From Oikopleura dioica (lineage: Eukaryota > Animalia > Chordata): a stretch of DNA of 64,000 bases. The stretch spans positions 8,122,001 to 8,186,000 of the forward strand of contig OU015569.1 of NCBI GenBank assembly GCA_907165135.1, in the 5' to 3' direction. A program made the translations under genes and the position numbers. The first letter of the stretch is position 1, and every line of letters starts with the position of its first letter. Shown here piece by piece: positions 11,999-24,866 of this stretch. Under the pieces are notes generated by a model. That model was given only the letters and a program-made list of their open reading frames with translations, was not told where the DNA came from and ran no database searches.

Positions 11999-14900
11999 TC
12001 ACGAAATGCCGCAGCATCCGCGGATTTCGCGAGATCTCTTTCGCGTTAGACTTGGGTCATCGAGCGTTATGTAGGTGACAGCAGGGGCGTAGGTAACGAT
12101 TTTATCTAAAGCGAGTTCTCTAACGTTGTTTAGGGGTAAGGTTACCTGATATCTTTTCTGATATCCACGATAGGTTCGGCGAGGCAATGACGTCGAACAC
12201 TTCATCGTTCCTGAATCCCTTGTAGAAAAGTGTTAGTGACACATTGACACAACGAGAATATCAAATCAACATCTGGCAGCCAACAGTTCAGACATTGAGA
12301 CTTACCCCTTTTCAGCAATGGAGTCGAGCATTTGCTCGTGGCTTCCTTGCTTTTGCGGGTTTCGCTTTTTTCGTCTCCGTTTTTGATGTTTCGGTTCTTG
12401 TTGCTGTCGCTGTTGTGAATTTTGCGAGGCTGTTGAGTTAACTTTGGAATTTGAGTTTTTTTCTGTTGACTTTGTGGTATCGGAGGTTTCGTTTGCGTTG
12501 GACTTTGTTTCACAAGTTTTGGCATTGGAGAGATTTGACATTGAGGAATCATTTCGAAATGATGTTCCGCTGGGAGGATCTCGCTCCTCAGAACTGTCAC
12601 GTCGGTTGTGCGAGTTTTTGAGTTGTGCAGCATAAACAGCTGAACCAAAAGTCAGAGTGAAAGGAGGATTCTTACTCACATAAATCACGAGAAGAAGTTC
12701 GGCGGGACTCAGAGGACTCTGAATCTGAACTGGCAGTTGAAAAAGAAGAGGGAGGAATGAAATTTTCGAAAGAGCTGTACTCTTCACGACGTTGCCGGCG
12801 ACGTGCGCAGGAAGGTGAGGTGCCCATCTAATTTTTTTTGAGTCGAATTGATTTCTAGGTGTGACTCACGTTTAATCGATTTTGACGAGGGCTGGCTTCC
12901 ACGTCGAAATCGTCTAGTTCGGACTCGGGCTCTTCGAATATTTCATTGAGCTCGTAGCTTGTCCGCGAGGATTGCTGGTTCGACCAGTCCTTCTTGTCGG
13001 AAGTTCTAGAATTTGAGGACTTGGATCGTAGCTCTCCTCCGGCAGCGCGAAGACGGGCGGACACATGAGAGAGTGTCTCATCGGGAGAGAAGCAGCAGCG
13101 GTATTCGCGCTCATCTTCGTCATCCGTTGTTGTCTGACTGCGGCTGGTGCGCTCCTCCTCCGCCAGGTGCTCAATTCCTAGAACAAAATTAATGGTTCCA
13201 TCACTTTCTCGATCCCATGCAAAAACCCGTGTTAGTCATGCGTTTCCCAAATTCGCCGATTAGAGAGATTCATTTGATCTGGCACGCCCAAAGATCATTA
13301 TTTCAATTATTTGCGCATGAAAGATCAAGTAAAAGCAGAACTAAACTGAAGTAAAATAAGTCACTGCTTTCGGTCTCATGCTATACATTGATTGCTGTAT
13401 AAGCACAGCCACAGCTGATTTTAGAAGTGATTCAATTAAGCTTTCTTTTAGCTTGTTTACCTCGAGCAAAGCTAAATAGTTGAGTAATTTTGCAGTTAAG
13501 AAACGAAGCTTTACCTTCTTTTGTAACGGGGCCCTTTCTTGGTGTTATAGTAAGATGTTCTCGAGGTAGAGGTGGAGCTGGAGACATTTTTCCGGAAAGA
13601 CGATTCGTTCTTGGTGGTGACTGTCCCGGAGTAGGAGACGTTGATCTAGCAGTAGTGAGCATTGGAAGAATCAATCGAGCGATACCTTGGGCTTGGGGGC
13701 TGACTGGGATTCGGTGATATATGAGTAGAGCGTGGTGTTGTTCTGGTTGAGCGTCTAGAACCTTTAGTACGCTCTAATTTCTCAGCGAACAGCAAATATG
13801 CCGCGGTCACCGGGTTATAATCGTCCTTGAGAATAGCTTCAGTGATCTCCTCGTCAGTAGCGACAAGTTCCGCTGCGGCATCTGTAACTACTCCGCTCTG
13901 AAGCAAAAACTGACATATTCGGTTGTGATCACGAGACTGGACGAGCTTCTTTGCTTCGAGGTGCTCTGCGTGGTTCGGAGCGACTGCCTCTGAAACATAT
14001 GCTTAATCACAGGCCCTACTGTTAAACCTTACCGCCAAGATCCTTAAGCCAATCGTGGTTTAAAATCTCGTGAATTTTCAATCGATCCGACGGCTCGCGT
14101 TTCAGTATTTTTCTGATCAAACTAAAGACGAGTAACGCAGAAAAGTGTATATATGACGTACTCATTGCATTCGTCGGAGACATTTTCTAAGTCCGTATAT
14201 CTGCAATCCATGATCATCGTCAAGGTTTCCGAGTCATTGGTTTCATTGAAGGGCGCTTCCCCACATAGAAGCATGTACAGAATGACTCCTAGGGACCAAA
14301 CATCTAAAAGATCAGTGACGAAGGAAAACAAGATTATTGCTAACCAACTGCACTAGCATCGTATTCTTCGCCGAGAAGGATTTCAGGCGCGGAGTAAGCA
14401 AGAGAGCCACATGATGTCTGCAAAAATTTCCCTTCTTCAAATACATTGGAAAAGCCAAAATCTGTGAGCTTCACAGACTCGTTTTCGGAAGAGATTACCT
14501 AGGGCGAGGTAACTAAAGAATTCTAATCTAGCAAAGACACACACCATGTTTTCTGGCTTGAGGTCACGATGAACAACACGCCGGTAATGGCAATAATCGA
14601 TCGCTGTCACCATTTGAGCGAAAAATAACTTCGCCCTCGCTTCGTCAAGGCCATTGTCAAATTGGCGAATGTAATCGTATCTGAAGCTTACGGTTGGCTA
14701 AAGCGTCGAGTTGTGAAACTAACAAGTCTCCGGAATCACCAAGTTCCATCACAAGGAAGAGGTGATTCGTCGTATCTATCGCTTCGTAGAGGCGAATTAC
14801 ATTCGGATGCCGCAGCAGTTTCATGCATGTTACTTCTTTGTAAAGATGCAGCTTAGAAACTTCGTCAAGCTTATTCTTGTCGATAATTTTGATCGCCACG

Positions 14901-15216
14901 CGCACATCCGTCAGTAAGTGGCGAGCAAGCTTGACGACAGCGAACTTGCCCTGAATACGCGTTATTCCAACAAAGTCTACCCGCAAACCTTTCCAAGGGT
15001 CTCGAGTAGCTCATATCGTTGATCTAGAACTGTGCCGTTTCTTGCCGGATCGAGGGCGTAATCCATCATCTATCACGGCAAATTCAACGTGGACGACTTC
15101 GCTCTCACTTGACCATCTCTAAAAGGGAAATATGCTCCAGCAGCAAGTTTAAATCGATTCGAAAAGCGATTAAGACAGCAGAATTGATTCACGCCGCTAC
15201 CAGCCGTGTAACTCAT
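11999..15216 (-). CDS. SNRK: SNF-related serine/threonine kinase
   Basis: [78 protein letters not shown], and UBA-like [14 protein letters not shown] all match SNRK. Long Ser-rich tail. First and last exons approximate. Confidence 0.93.
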
Positions 15217-15828
15217 CCCTCTGAGCAGTAGCGATTATCACCCAGCACCCTATGGCAGAAGGACAGGGCATGTACAGAAGGACAAACATGAATTGTTGAT
15301 TTCCTATTTTTCAGAACAGAGTAAGTCTAAGTCTCCCCTTTTATAAGAACATCGAAAACACGAGTATCGCTTAATTTTACTATATGAAAAGGGACCGCAT
15401 TTTTCAAGTATTTAAATATATTTTGATAAATGAAACGCCGTCGAAGTAGAGCTGAACTCGAACAGAATTTCTCAAATTGAGAAAATATGAATATATACGC
15501 TTGGTGGTCGTAAATAGCGAAAAGTGTGAACTCAACCCGCACGGTTTGGCGAAGACAAGTTCATCTAACGATGTATAAGGTGGCAAGTCTTGGAATAAAT
15601 AAAAACTAAAATTTAAGAGCTTCTCTTTATAGAAAAAAGTTTTCCATTGTTTAAAAAGCGCTTCTTAGGAAATAACACTTTTCCTGTGACCTAAATTTGT
15701 GTGTTTTATCACTCTCTGCTAAAAGTGTGATAAAAATACAGCCATGAGGATATATGCTTTGATAGAAGACTTGTGGCAATGATAACTGAGTGGAAAAAAA
15801 TAAATAAATTTATGAATAGCCTCAGGAG

Positions 15829-17790
15829 CTAGGGAAACTTTCGATGTGGTCTGTCTGCGTAATTTCGTTCGAAGTAAGAAGCTGAGTACATTTGAGGGCT
15901 AGGCGGGGGTAGGTAAGCAGAGGCCGCTGTTTCAGGAGTGAAGAGTTCGTACTGCTCGGGAAAGAATGGACCCACTGCGTTGAAGAAAGGGGAAGGCTGG
16001 GGAACGAAAATTGGCGAGGACGTTTCACCACAGAGGGGCATTGGCGGCATCGGTGCGCAGAAGATTGGGACCTCTGGATAATGCAGAGGCACTGGCGAGT
16101 TCACAAAGACCTGTTCACTTGAGTTGATCGCCTCTTTTTCTCTTTGCATGCGTTCTGTCTGTTCAATGAAGGCGTCCGCATAACGTTGCTCCTCGGGAGT
16201 GAGTCCTTCGCGTGCGGGTCGAGGTAATCGGTCTGGAGGTCGATTTGGAATGTAATGTCGTCCCTTGCGAGGCTTTTTCTTCTTGGGCAATTCTGGGATC
16301 TCTTCTTCCTCCGACGAGGCAGAGCTCACTAATTCTTCTTTAATTTTCATCTTTGACATCTTTTCTGCAATTTTCTCCTCCTCGCTTTGTCTGTCAATTG
16401 TCCATGGTTCGTCCGAATAAAGAATTCTGGGAATGATACAGTCAGGCTTCGGGAGATAATACTAGAAATTTGATTAACCTATAATTTGAAGGTGGCCTTA
16501 CCGGGGCGTTGCTATTGTATTTATTAGGCTTATACATTTCGTTCTGCCATATTTGAGCACCATCCTGGATCATTTTCAGCGCGATGCGGCTGATATTTCG
16601 CGCGTCATCTCTTCCACTGGAAAGTAGCGATTTCAAATTTCGAAATTAATGAAGCATTACGCACCTATGGAGATTTCCTTTTACTTCCATTCCCAGTACT
16701 TCAAGCATGTCCTCAATTTTCGGGGTGAAGGGTCCGTATTTGGATTTGTACACGTTCATGAAGATTCGTTTTATGTTGCAGTAGCGACTCGCCCATGTGT
16801 AAGGAAACGGGATGTCGTCCATTTGACATTGCTTGGACAGAAACTAAATGACGGTTTAAGAAACACCTTGGGAGGTCTTCAAATAACCTTGCATATATCA
16901 GCTGGAGAATCTGTTAAAAAAGTCCAAGAAGGTGTGTCCTTCGTGATCTTTACTCGTCCATCTGGGGCTGTTTTCAGAAGTCCATGGCTTTTCAGCCATC
17001 CGATGAAGGATTTGAAAACAATAGGGAAGTAAGGAGCTGCATTTACTTGGTTTTGTTTGATGCCAGTCAATTCAATGCAAAAGTCGGAGAGTTCTTCGTT
17101 GAGAAAAGGACGTACGTATGAGTGAAATTCGCTTATAATCTCTTCTTTTTCAATGTCGACCAAGATCGCTGGAAATTCAATGATCTCGTGCTGTAATAGT
17201 TAAAATACAAATATCAGCATGCGTCAGATCAGAATGCTAAGGAAGAGAGCAGAAAATTTTAAACGAGCGACATCCAAGTCCCCGATATTGATTTTTACAA
17301 ATTTGGAGCTCTCTTCTACAGATACAGCACACTAGATTCACCGTTTTGCACGACCGAAGGATCAATGGCAAATCATAATTCTCGCTTGCGTCAATCAAAA
17401 TGTAAATCAGTGTGCTGTATCTTTAATATAAAAGCAATAAGGCAATAAAATAAGACTAACAGGGTGGTTGACGAAGTTTATCCTCTCACAAGTGGCTTCG
17501 AAGTCGATGCAGACAAAGTATTTGCATTCAACATGGACTTCTTTGACTTTGGACTCGCCGCAGAATATTTTCTTGTAATGGCCTTTCAGGCGCTTCGCAA
17601 GCTTCTTCTTGTCGAAACCTTTTAGTCCATTTTGGTCAACTCCGATCGAATATAGTTTCTTGAGCAAGTCTCTTTTCTCGAGCCTCTTGATCATCTGATT
17701 GATCTCGGGGTAAGTGTTGTTTGACCAAGGATCCCGCTCATAAAATCTCCGTTCATCATTCGTTACTTTGACTCTCTGGCTGCGTATCAT
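15829..17790 (-). CDS. ERI1: ERI1-type DEDDh 3'-5' exoribonuclease with a SAP-like N-terminus and a Pro-rich tail
   Basis: SAP-like INQMIKRLEKRDLLKKL..KKKLAKRLKGHYK; CIDFEATCE; HEIIEFPAILVD; FHSYVRP..LSDFCIELTGI; GNLH|SGRDDARNI. Catalytic residues are retained. Confidence 0.9.
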
Positions 17791-17853
17791 TCTGAATTGA
17801 ACTCGGCTAGATTTATGTGCTTTGAGAAACAGTAGGGCGCGCAGTCGTTCTCT

Positions 17854-19443
17854 TTACAGCTCATTCAAGCAATCTGGCGGGTCTTCTTCGAACCCTTGGA
17901 AGTTTTCGGAGTAATCTGCTTTCTGTAAGAGCATGGTTAGGTTATCCCAAGAGTCCTCCACGGGCGTTCCTGCCAGCCTTTATCGAGGTTGCGCAAATTA
18001 TGTTTATTTTGTGTTTCTTTCAGCTAGATTAACCCGCTTTGAATATATTCTCTCGGTGATTGCGCAACCAGAACAATAAGGTGAACGGGTCCAAGCTTTC
18101 AATTCTAATTTGCTATTAAAATAAATATAATTAAATGAAAATTATCGGAGAAAACCTGACAGAGCTGACACCCACACGATCAGCATAATCGAGTAATTTC
18201 CACATTCTATTCACGTACTGTAACCTTTCGCCGCCACCAGTTACTCCTTTTAATATATCCTTGACTCTGGCTAGAAAACACCAAAGATATGCACACTATT
18301 GCTTAAATGGGAACAGTAAAATAGCTGACACTCAAAGTCGACTGTTGAGAGATCGTCAAAAAGGAGCCAGAGTTCAAATATTACTGGTGACACGAGGAAA
18401 TACATAGCCCGGGTTGTGAAGTAAATTTATGAGCGCTGGGAAAATTTACACAGAAGAAAACACCAGTAAAAAACTCTACTGTGATCTGAGATGTTTAAAT
18501 TCTAACCGCGCCTGAGCGGCCTCTTCGAAGCTGGCCGGGATTTTCGGCGGGCTCCACCAAGGATACTTTCTGTCCTCGCAACTTGGTGCCTGTTCTACCA
18601 GCTTTTCTTTGAGCTGCTTGTTCGTCGTTCGATCTTTGTACATGCTGTAACCACCCCTCACGTGCTTCGACCCGTAGAAAGGCCGCCAGGGAACAGAGAC
18701 GGAAACGAGAAGGAAGCCGCTCCGTTTAGTTCGCCAGAGCGCATCTTCGAGTACGGAGGCTGGACGAATTGTGCGATCGAGCACGTTCGAAAGAATCACC
18801 AAATCGAACTTGTCCTCTTCTTCTCGATGGGCGTGATCCAAGGACGTGTGCAAGCGGAAGTCTTCTTCGGACAGTATTTTAATGCCTCGCTTTTCCGCTG
18901 CATCGTTAGCATGGAGATCTTTGTCGAAAGCGAATAGCTTCCCTGTTTGCGTCGCCTTCCCCACACTCTTCAAAATAGTTCCAGAGCCTTGGCCAATGTC
19001 CAAAATTCGCAAGTCGTGCGCGGCTAGGTTAAATCCGGCGGTGCGCAGCAGCTGTCTGTATTGAGAAACTGAGCAAAGAAAGGAATCGCCCACTTTCCAC
19101 TTTGGCAGGGAGATGTGCATCTTCTTTTGTGCATTATATAGTTGAGCAGATACTTATAGCGCCAGGATGATCCGCACAAATCCGTGGAAAACTGCAGAAA
19201 ACGCTCAGTCTCTTCATCGGGATCCAATTGCAAAAAAGTGTCTCTCTTTTGCGGGCGTCCTTGCGTTTAGCACGGAAAGTGGGAGGTATGGAAACCCGAC
19301 CTGTAAATTGTTTTCATCAGCGGAAGCTTGACTGAGTAGTAATCGTGGAGATACTTTGCAGATGCTCTGTAGGGTGTCATTTCGTAGCGCCAGGCTGAGT
19401 GCCGCACCAAGTATCTAACGATCGATTTTTGTTTTTGCAGCAT
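17854..19443 (-). CDS. METTL9: METTL9/DREV-like SAM-dependent methyltransferase; apparent frameshift at 19125-19128
   Basis: QLDPDEETERFL, SQYRQLL, RILDIGQGSG (motif I), FDLVILSNVLDR, LLVSVSVPWRPF, SFEEAAQA, LKAWTRSPYCSG align with METTL9 motifs (LLDLGAGDG, YDVISCLNLLDR, LPFHPY, AFTRLPYLCEG). Confidence 0.8.
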
Positions 19444-20334
19444 TCTAGGCCATAAATATTAAAACGCACGATCAAGAAAACATATTCATGCGATTCAGTC
19501 CCAGATTGATATTTTTGTAAGTTTATTGATAATGAAATTTACCAATACACATATTCCGCATTATTGCCCCTTATTTATCTAATTGATGATAGTAAATTAA
19601 AGAAACGATTAATTAAATTTCGTAGAAAACGTTTTTTCGAGTGAAAGATAACTCAATGAAAAATCTTTTCAGGCTTGAATGATTCTCTGCATGGGAAGGA
19701 AATTAAGAAGGTTGGGTTCCTGCCACTAACAAGAGTACGAGGCTCTGCGCTGAGTGTGCTCGGTCGCAAGAAGAGCGCGGCGCAGCGCGAAATTATTGGC
19801 CGCGGCATTGCGCACTCACCCGCGACGCACTTTTTTAAAAGAGCACTTTCAACTTCTCCTTTTATCCCACACTCGCGAAAGTACTGTCACAGATATTCTT
19901 GAAAATATAAATCGTCAAAGTCATCCTTTTGTGTTTTATCGAAAGAGCACTAAATTTCGAATAAAAAAGCCGCAGTGTTGTTGAATTGACTGTAACGAAA
20001 CTGTAGACAGGGAGAAGACATTTAATGAATGCAATTTGAATCTGTATGATATTTGTGTGAACCAAGTCTGAAACTGAGTGAAGTTGTCTTGTGACTCGTT
20101 AATCCAAACAAAGAAAATAGTAACTCGCCTGGCTGTTCGGAAGAGTGAGGATAATCAAGTGAAAACATTTGAAGAGCCCGAGCTGTTATCGAATCAGCTG
20201 CTGATTCATGCCTGTCACTTTTTGCTCATAATACTTTTCTCTTGTAACAAGTGATTAGTCGAGTTATCTTGATTTTGCTTCTCAATCGCTTTGACAGCAA
20301 ATTGAAGAGATCGCAAATAAAGAGGAGTTTCTTT

Positions 20335-20340
20335 TTTCAG
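20335..20340 (+). promoter_or_regulatory. T-rich AG acceptor immediately before the MYO1E ATG (candidate SL trans-splice site)
   Basis: TTTCTTTTTTCAG|ATG. Similar acceptors precede TMED2 (32221-26), SLC25A11 (35044-49), the SR gene (40746-51) and MRPL20 (43323-28). A cis-spliced 5'UTR intron cannot be excluded. Confidence 0.5.
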
Positions 20341-23300
20341 ATGGCTCAGCCGCACTGGAAGAGCCACAACGTTCGGGCTAATGGGGTGGATGATCTCACA
20401 CTGCTCCAAGGGTCGAAATTCAACGAGGGAGGGATCGTAGAGAACCTCAAGAAGAGATACGATGCAGACAACATCTTCACCTACATTGGACCCGTGCTCA
20501 TTTCAGGAGCGTGTTTTCAAAATGCAATGTCTGTTGTCGAATTGATTTTGAACATCGCGTACCAGTGAATCCCTTCAAACAGCTGCCTTACTTCACGCAG
20601 AGGGAAATCGAGCTGTATCAAGGTGCTGCTAGCTTTGAGAACCCGCCTCATGTCTATGCACTGGCAGATACAATGTACAGAAATCTCACAATTGATAACG
20701 AAAGTCAAAGTGTTATCATCTCGGGCGAGTCCGGAGCTGGCAAAACAGTTGCTGCCAAGTTCGTGATGAATTATATTTCTAACGTTTCTGGAGGAGGTGA
20801 TTTCATTTTCCGATGTTCGACGCGCGTAATCTATTTTAAGGAACAAATATTCAAAAAGTGAAAGAAGTGATTATTAAGTCGAACCCGCTTTTGGAAGCGT
20901 TTGGCAACGCAAAGACGCTTCGAAACAACAATTCTTCTCGTTTCGGAAAATATTTTCAAATCTCGTTCAACGGAGGCACACCTGTCGGAGGGCGTATTCA
21001 AGAGTTTCTCTTGGAGAAGTCGCGCGTTGTCCGGCCAGGGCCTGGCGAGCGCAATTTTCACATTTTCTACCAGTTAATCAAGGGCGAGACCAGTCCCGAG
21101 CAGCGTCAATCACTCGGATTGAGCAACTTTCAAGCAGAGGACTTCGAGTATCTTGCCTGCAGCGGCGAGTACGATGCGGATGAAATGAATGATCAACAAG
21201 AGTACAGAGAAACGCTAGAAGCAATGCGTACGATTGGCATGAAAGAAGATGAAATAGAGGAAGTACTTGCAGTTGTTTCCGCCATTCTTCACATGGGCAA
21301 CATTAATTTCGACGAAAATGACCGCGAAGTCGCGCATGTCAGAGATACACGTCATTTAGAATTTCCTGCGTATCTTCTTGGTGAGGTCGATATTAAGGCG
21401 TATAGTTAAATCGTTTTAAGGCTTCCAAGCATCAGATCTTGAACAGAAGCTGTTGACGCATAGAATGGAGTCAAAATGGGGCAAGCAAAGCGAAATCATT
21501 CATCAAGAACATTCTCGTGTGAAAGCATACGCTACTCGCGACTCTCTAGTCAAGGCAATCTACGAGAAACTGTTCATTTATCTGATCAGGAAAGTGAACG
21601 AAGCGATTCCCAACTCTACGCAATTGAATTTGGGGGTTCTCGATATCTATGGTTTCGAGATCTTCCCCAAAAACGGCTTCGAGCAGTTTTGTATCAACTA
21701 CGTGAACGAAAAGCTACAACAGGCTTTCATAGAATTGACGCTAAAGGCGGAGCAAGAAGAGTATAACATGGAAGGGATTCAATGGACGCCTATCAAGTTC
21801 TTCAACAACATCGACGTTTGCAATTTGATTGAAGCAAAGAATCCACCTGGCATCATCTCAATTTGCGACGATGTAACGAAGCAGGTCGGAAACAAAGAGA
21901 GCGGCGTCGCCGAAACCTTGGTTGGGAAGCTGCGCGGAGGTGTGACCCAACACCGGCATTACATCGAGCAGGGAGCTGCGCGCTTTAAAATCTCCCATTA
22001 TGCTGGCGAAGTGGCCTACGATGCGGACGGCTTCGTGGAAAAAAATCGCGATACTGTATTTATTGATTTGCTGGAAATGTGCAAGAGTAGTACCAATGGA
22101 TTCATCCAGGAGCTTTTCAGCGGACTTGATCTCAAAAAGAAGCAGCCAACTGCAGGTTCGAAGATTCGTTCACAAGCGAATAAACTCATCGACGAGTTGA
22201 TGAAGACACAGCCACATTATATCCGCACTATCAAGCCCAACGAGACGAAAAGGCCGCACGACTGGAACGAGAAAAAAGTCTCCCATCAAGTGAAATATCT
22301 TGGATTGATGGAGAACGTACGAGTGCGGCGAGCTGGTTTCGCCTATCGCAGAGTCTTTAATAAGTTCCTGCAGCGATACTCGATTCTAACGGTTGAGACT
22401 TTCCGGGAGTGGCGATACGGCACTGGACGTGACGATCCAAGAAGAGCCATTCAGTACATTATGCAATCGGTCAACATGGACCCACAAGAGTGGCAATGTG
22501 GCCAGACGAAAGTATTCATCAAGTCGCCAGAGTCCCTTTTCCTCCTTGAAGAAATCAGAGAGAGGAAGTATAATGTGCACGCGCGTACGATCCAAAAGCG
22601 TGGAAGAAATTCGCTGCAAGGAAAAAGACGAACACTGAGGCGATTGAAGCTGCACAATTACTTGCAGGGCGGAAACAGAGAAATCGAAATTCTATCTCGC
22701 GCCAATTTATCGGGGATTACCTTGGCTTGGACCATGACGATCAAGCTGATATTTCTAAGCTCTATGGACGAAAAGAACGCGTTCTTTTTGCCTCTCAAGC
22801 GATGAAATACAACAGGAAAGGATCTAATCTAGCAATAAATTCATTATGACTCTCATAATAAGAAATATGCAAGACAAATCCACTTCAGGAAATTCCAGTC
22901 AGCAACAAGGGATCTAGTAGTAACAGAAAAATACATGTATATCATCTCGAGAAGACGTGTTGATGATGGCAAAAACCCTAACGTTCCACCGATTTTGGAG
23001 CCTTATGTTGAAGACCAGATAGACATGATCACTGATCTGCAAGGGGCGACTCTCAGTCCGTTCCAAGACGGATTTATTTTGATCAGGATTGCGTCAAGGG
23101 ACAAGCCGATTATGCTTGATGTGACGCTCAAAACAGAAATGTGCTGGGCGATCAACAAAACGTTACGGAATAAAGTATGAGCGTCGTTTTGATGACTTCT
23201 TTTGAGTAAGACTTTAAGGCGAATAAAAATCTCCACATAAACTTCGAAGACAAGTGGATCGTCAAAGTGGAGCCAAAGGGCTATTTGCAAACGAAGGGGT

Positions 23301-24480
23301 GGAAAAAGGTAGCCGATCGCCAAGTGTTCTTCAACCAGGAGCACTGTCCAAAGGTGGTCCACGTCCACAAAGAGCCGAAAAAGTACACGATGCGCGTTTC
23401 AGTTCGTCAGGGAGAATCTCCTAATAGCATGCCACAAACGAAAGGAGCTACAATTGGAGGTCACCACCATCAACAGAGACCAAATTACGGCGGTTCCTCT
23501 GGAATCCACGTCCAACCGCACTCGCAACGCAATCAATCTTACGCCCAGGTAGACTGTTTCCATACGTTCTAAAGTAAATTATCTTTTCTTGAAGCAAACA
23601 ATCCCATTATCAGTTCAACAGCCCCGTGCCCAGCAATGGAACAACCCAGGTAGAATTCCTCAAGTACCACCTCATGGTGTCAACGCAAATCAACGCCCTC
23701 AGCAGAATCAATTCAACGCTCAAAAATCCTCACAGCCAAACTCGACTAATTTCAAATCTAATCAGAATCATCAAGCTAATTTCCGTCTTCCAGCGTTTCC
23801 TCATGAGCAAGGTGTGATTACCTTACGCTTGACCATTATTAGCGAAGAATTCAATCGTAACTTTACCATGAATATAAGGAACTGGTGCTCGCCGACTTTC
23901 TGCAAGGGACAATAATGCTCCACGCCCGATGAGAGACGCGACGATCAAAGAACGGCATAACCAGCACAATCATATGCATCAGCTTAACGAGGCGATGGCG
24001 TTCCTTCAACAGCTAGGGGTATTAATAGTGTTTTGAAAAGTGTGTTTTTTGTCAGTCGAGTTGCGAAAGCTTCATCTGTAACATGTTATCATCTGTTGTG
24101 ACTTTTTTGCGTAACGATGTTTAATAATGTACCAATATTTTAACCCTGTTAACAGAATCAGACTCCAAATCTTCCCGACCAAGTAAATGCCTTACAAATC
24201 GAGCCAAAGAGGGCTCCTCCAGCACGGCCGAAGCCTAGAGTTGCTGCGAAGCCAAAGACTTACCCGAAAGCAAGAGTAATCTACGACTACAATGCACAAG
24301 ACATCGATGAACTGACTCTTCGGGAACAAGATGTTGTCGACGTAAGACGATTACTTGTTTCAAGGGATTTTTTTTTCTAACATTGATTAGGTTATAAGCG
24401 AAGACCCTTCCGGTTGGTGGCGGGTCAGTTTCCAGGGGAAGTCCGGTCTCTTCCCTGGAAGCTACGTGGAGAAGATTTAA
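20341..24480 (+). CDS. MYO1E: Long-tailed class I myosin (motor, IQ, TH1, GPA-rich, SH3); apparent frameshift at 22594-22597
   Basis: [18 protein letters not shown]|[62 protein letters not shown] motif, C-terminal SH3 [30 protein letters not shown]. Confidence 0.97.
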
Positions 24481-24866
24481 TCAAACAGCAATTCTTCCAA
24501 TCATCGACTACGAACAATGCAAAAATCATCAAACCGCGTGTGTTACTCTATTCTTATCCTTATTCACAATTTTACTTTCAAGAGACTTTCAATCATTCCG
24601 CTTTTCCTTGTAAAAATAAAAAAAATATATTCCTTATTCATTTATTCCCTTTCTGTGCTATCTCCCCTGTTCAAAATTTATATAAATAACAACTTATAAA
24701 ACAACTCAAAAGGGAAATGACCCCTTGTACGAATCAGCCAACTTTCTTCTTCCAAAGACTTATTCTGAATAAGTTATTCATCAAAACACCTGCTAGTTAT
24801 TCTTTAATTTTAACGCATTTAATAATAACGATAACTGCATGATTCCTTTCGCATCAGTCTAACGCA

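Noticed and set aside
15212-15220. ACTCATCCC resembling the start of the Oikopleura spliced-leader sequence (similar hit near 53680)
   Set aside because: Only 8-9 nt match as I recall the SL; the rest of the leader and the donor are absent. It overlaps the predicted SNRK start on the other strand.
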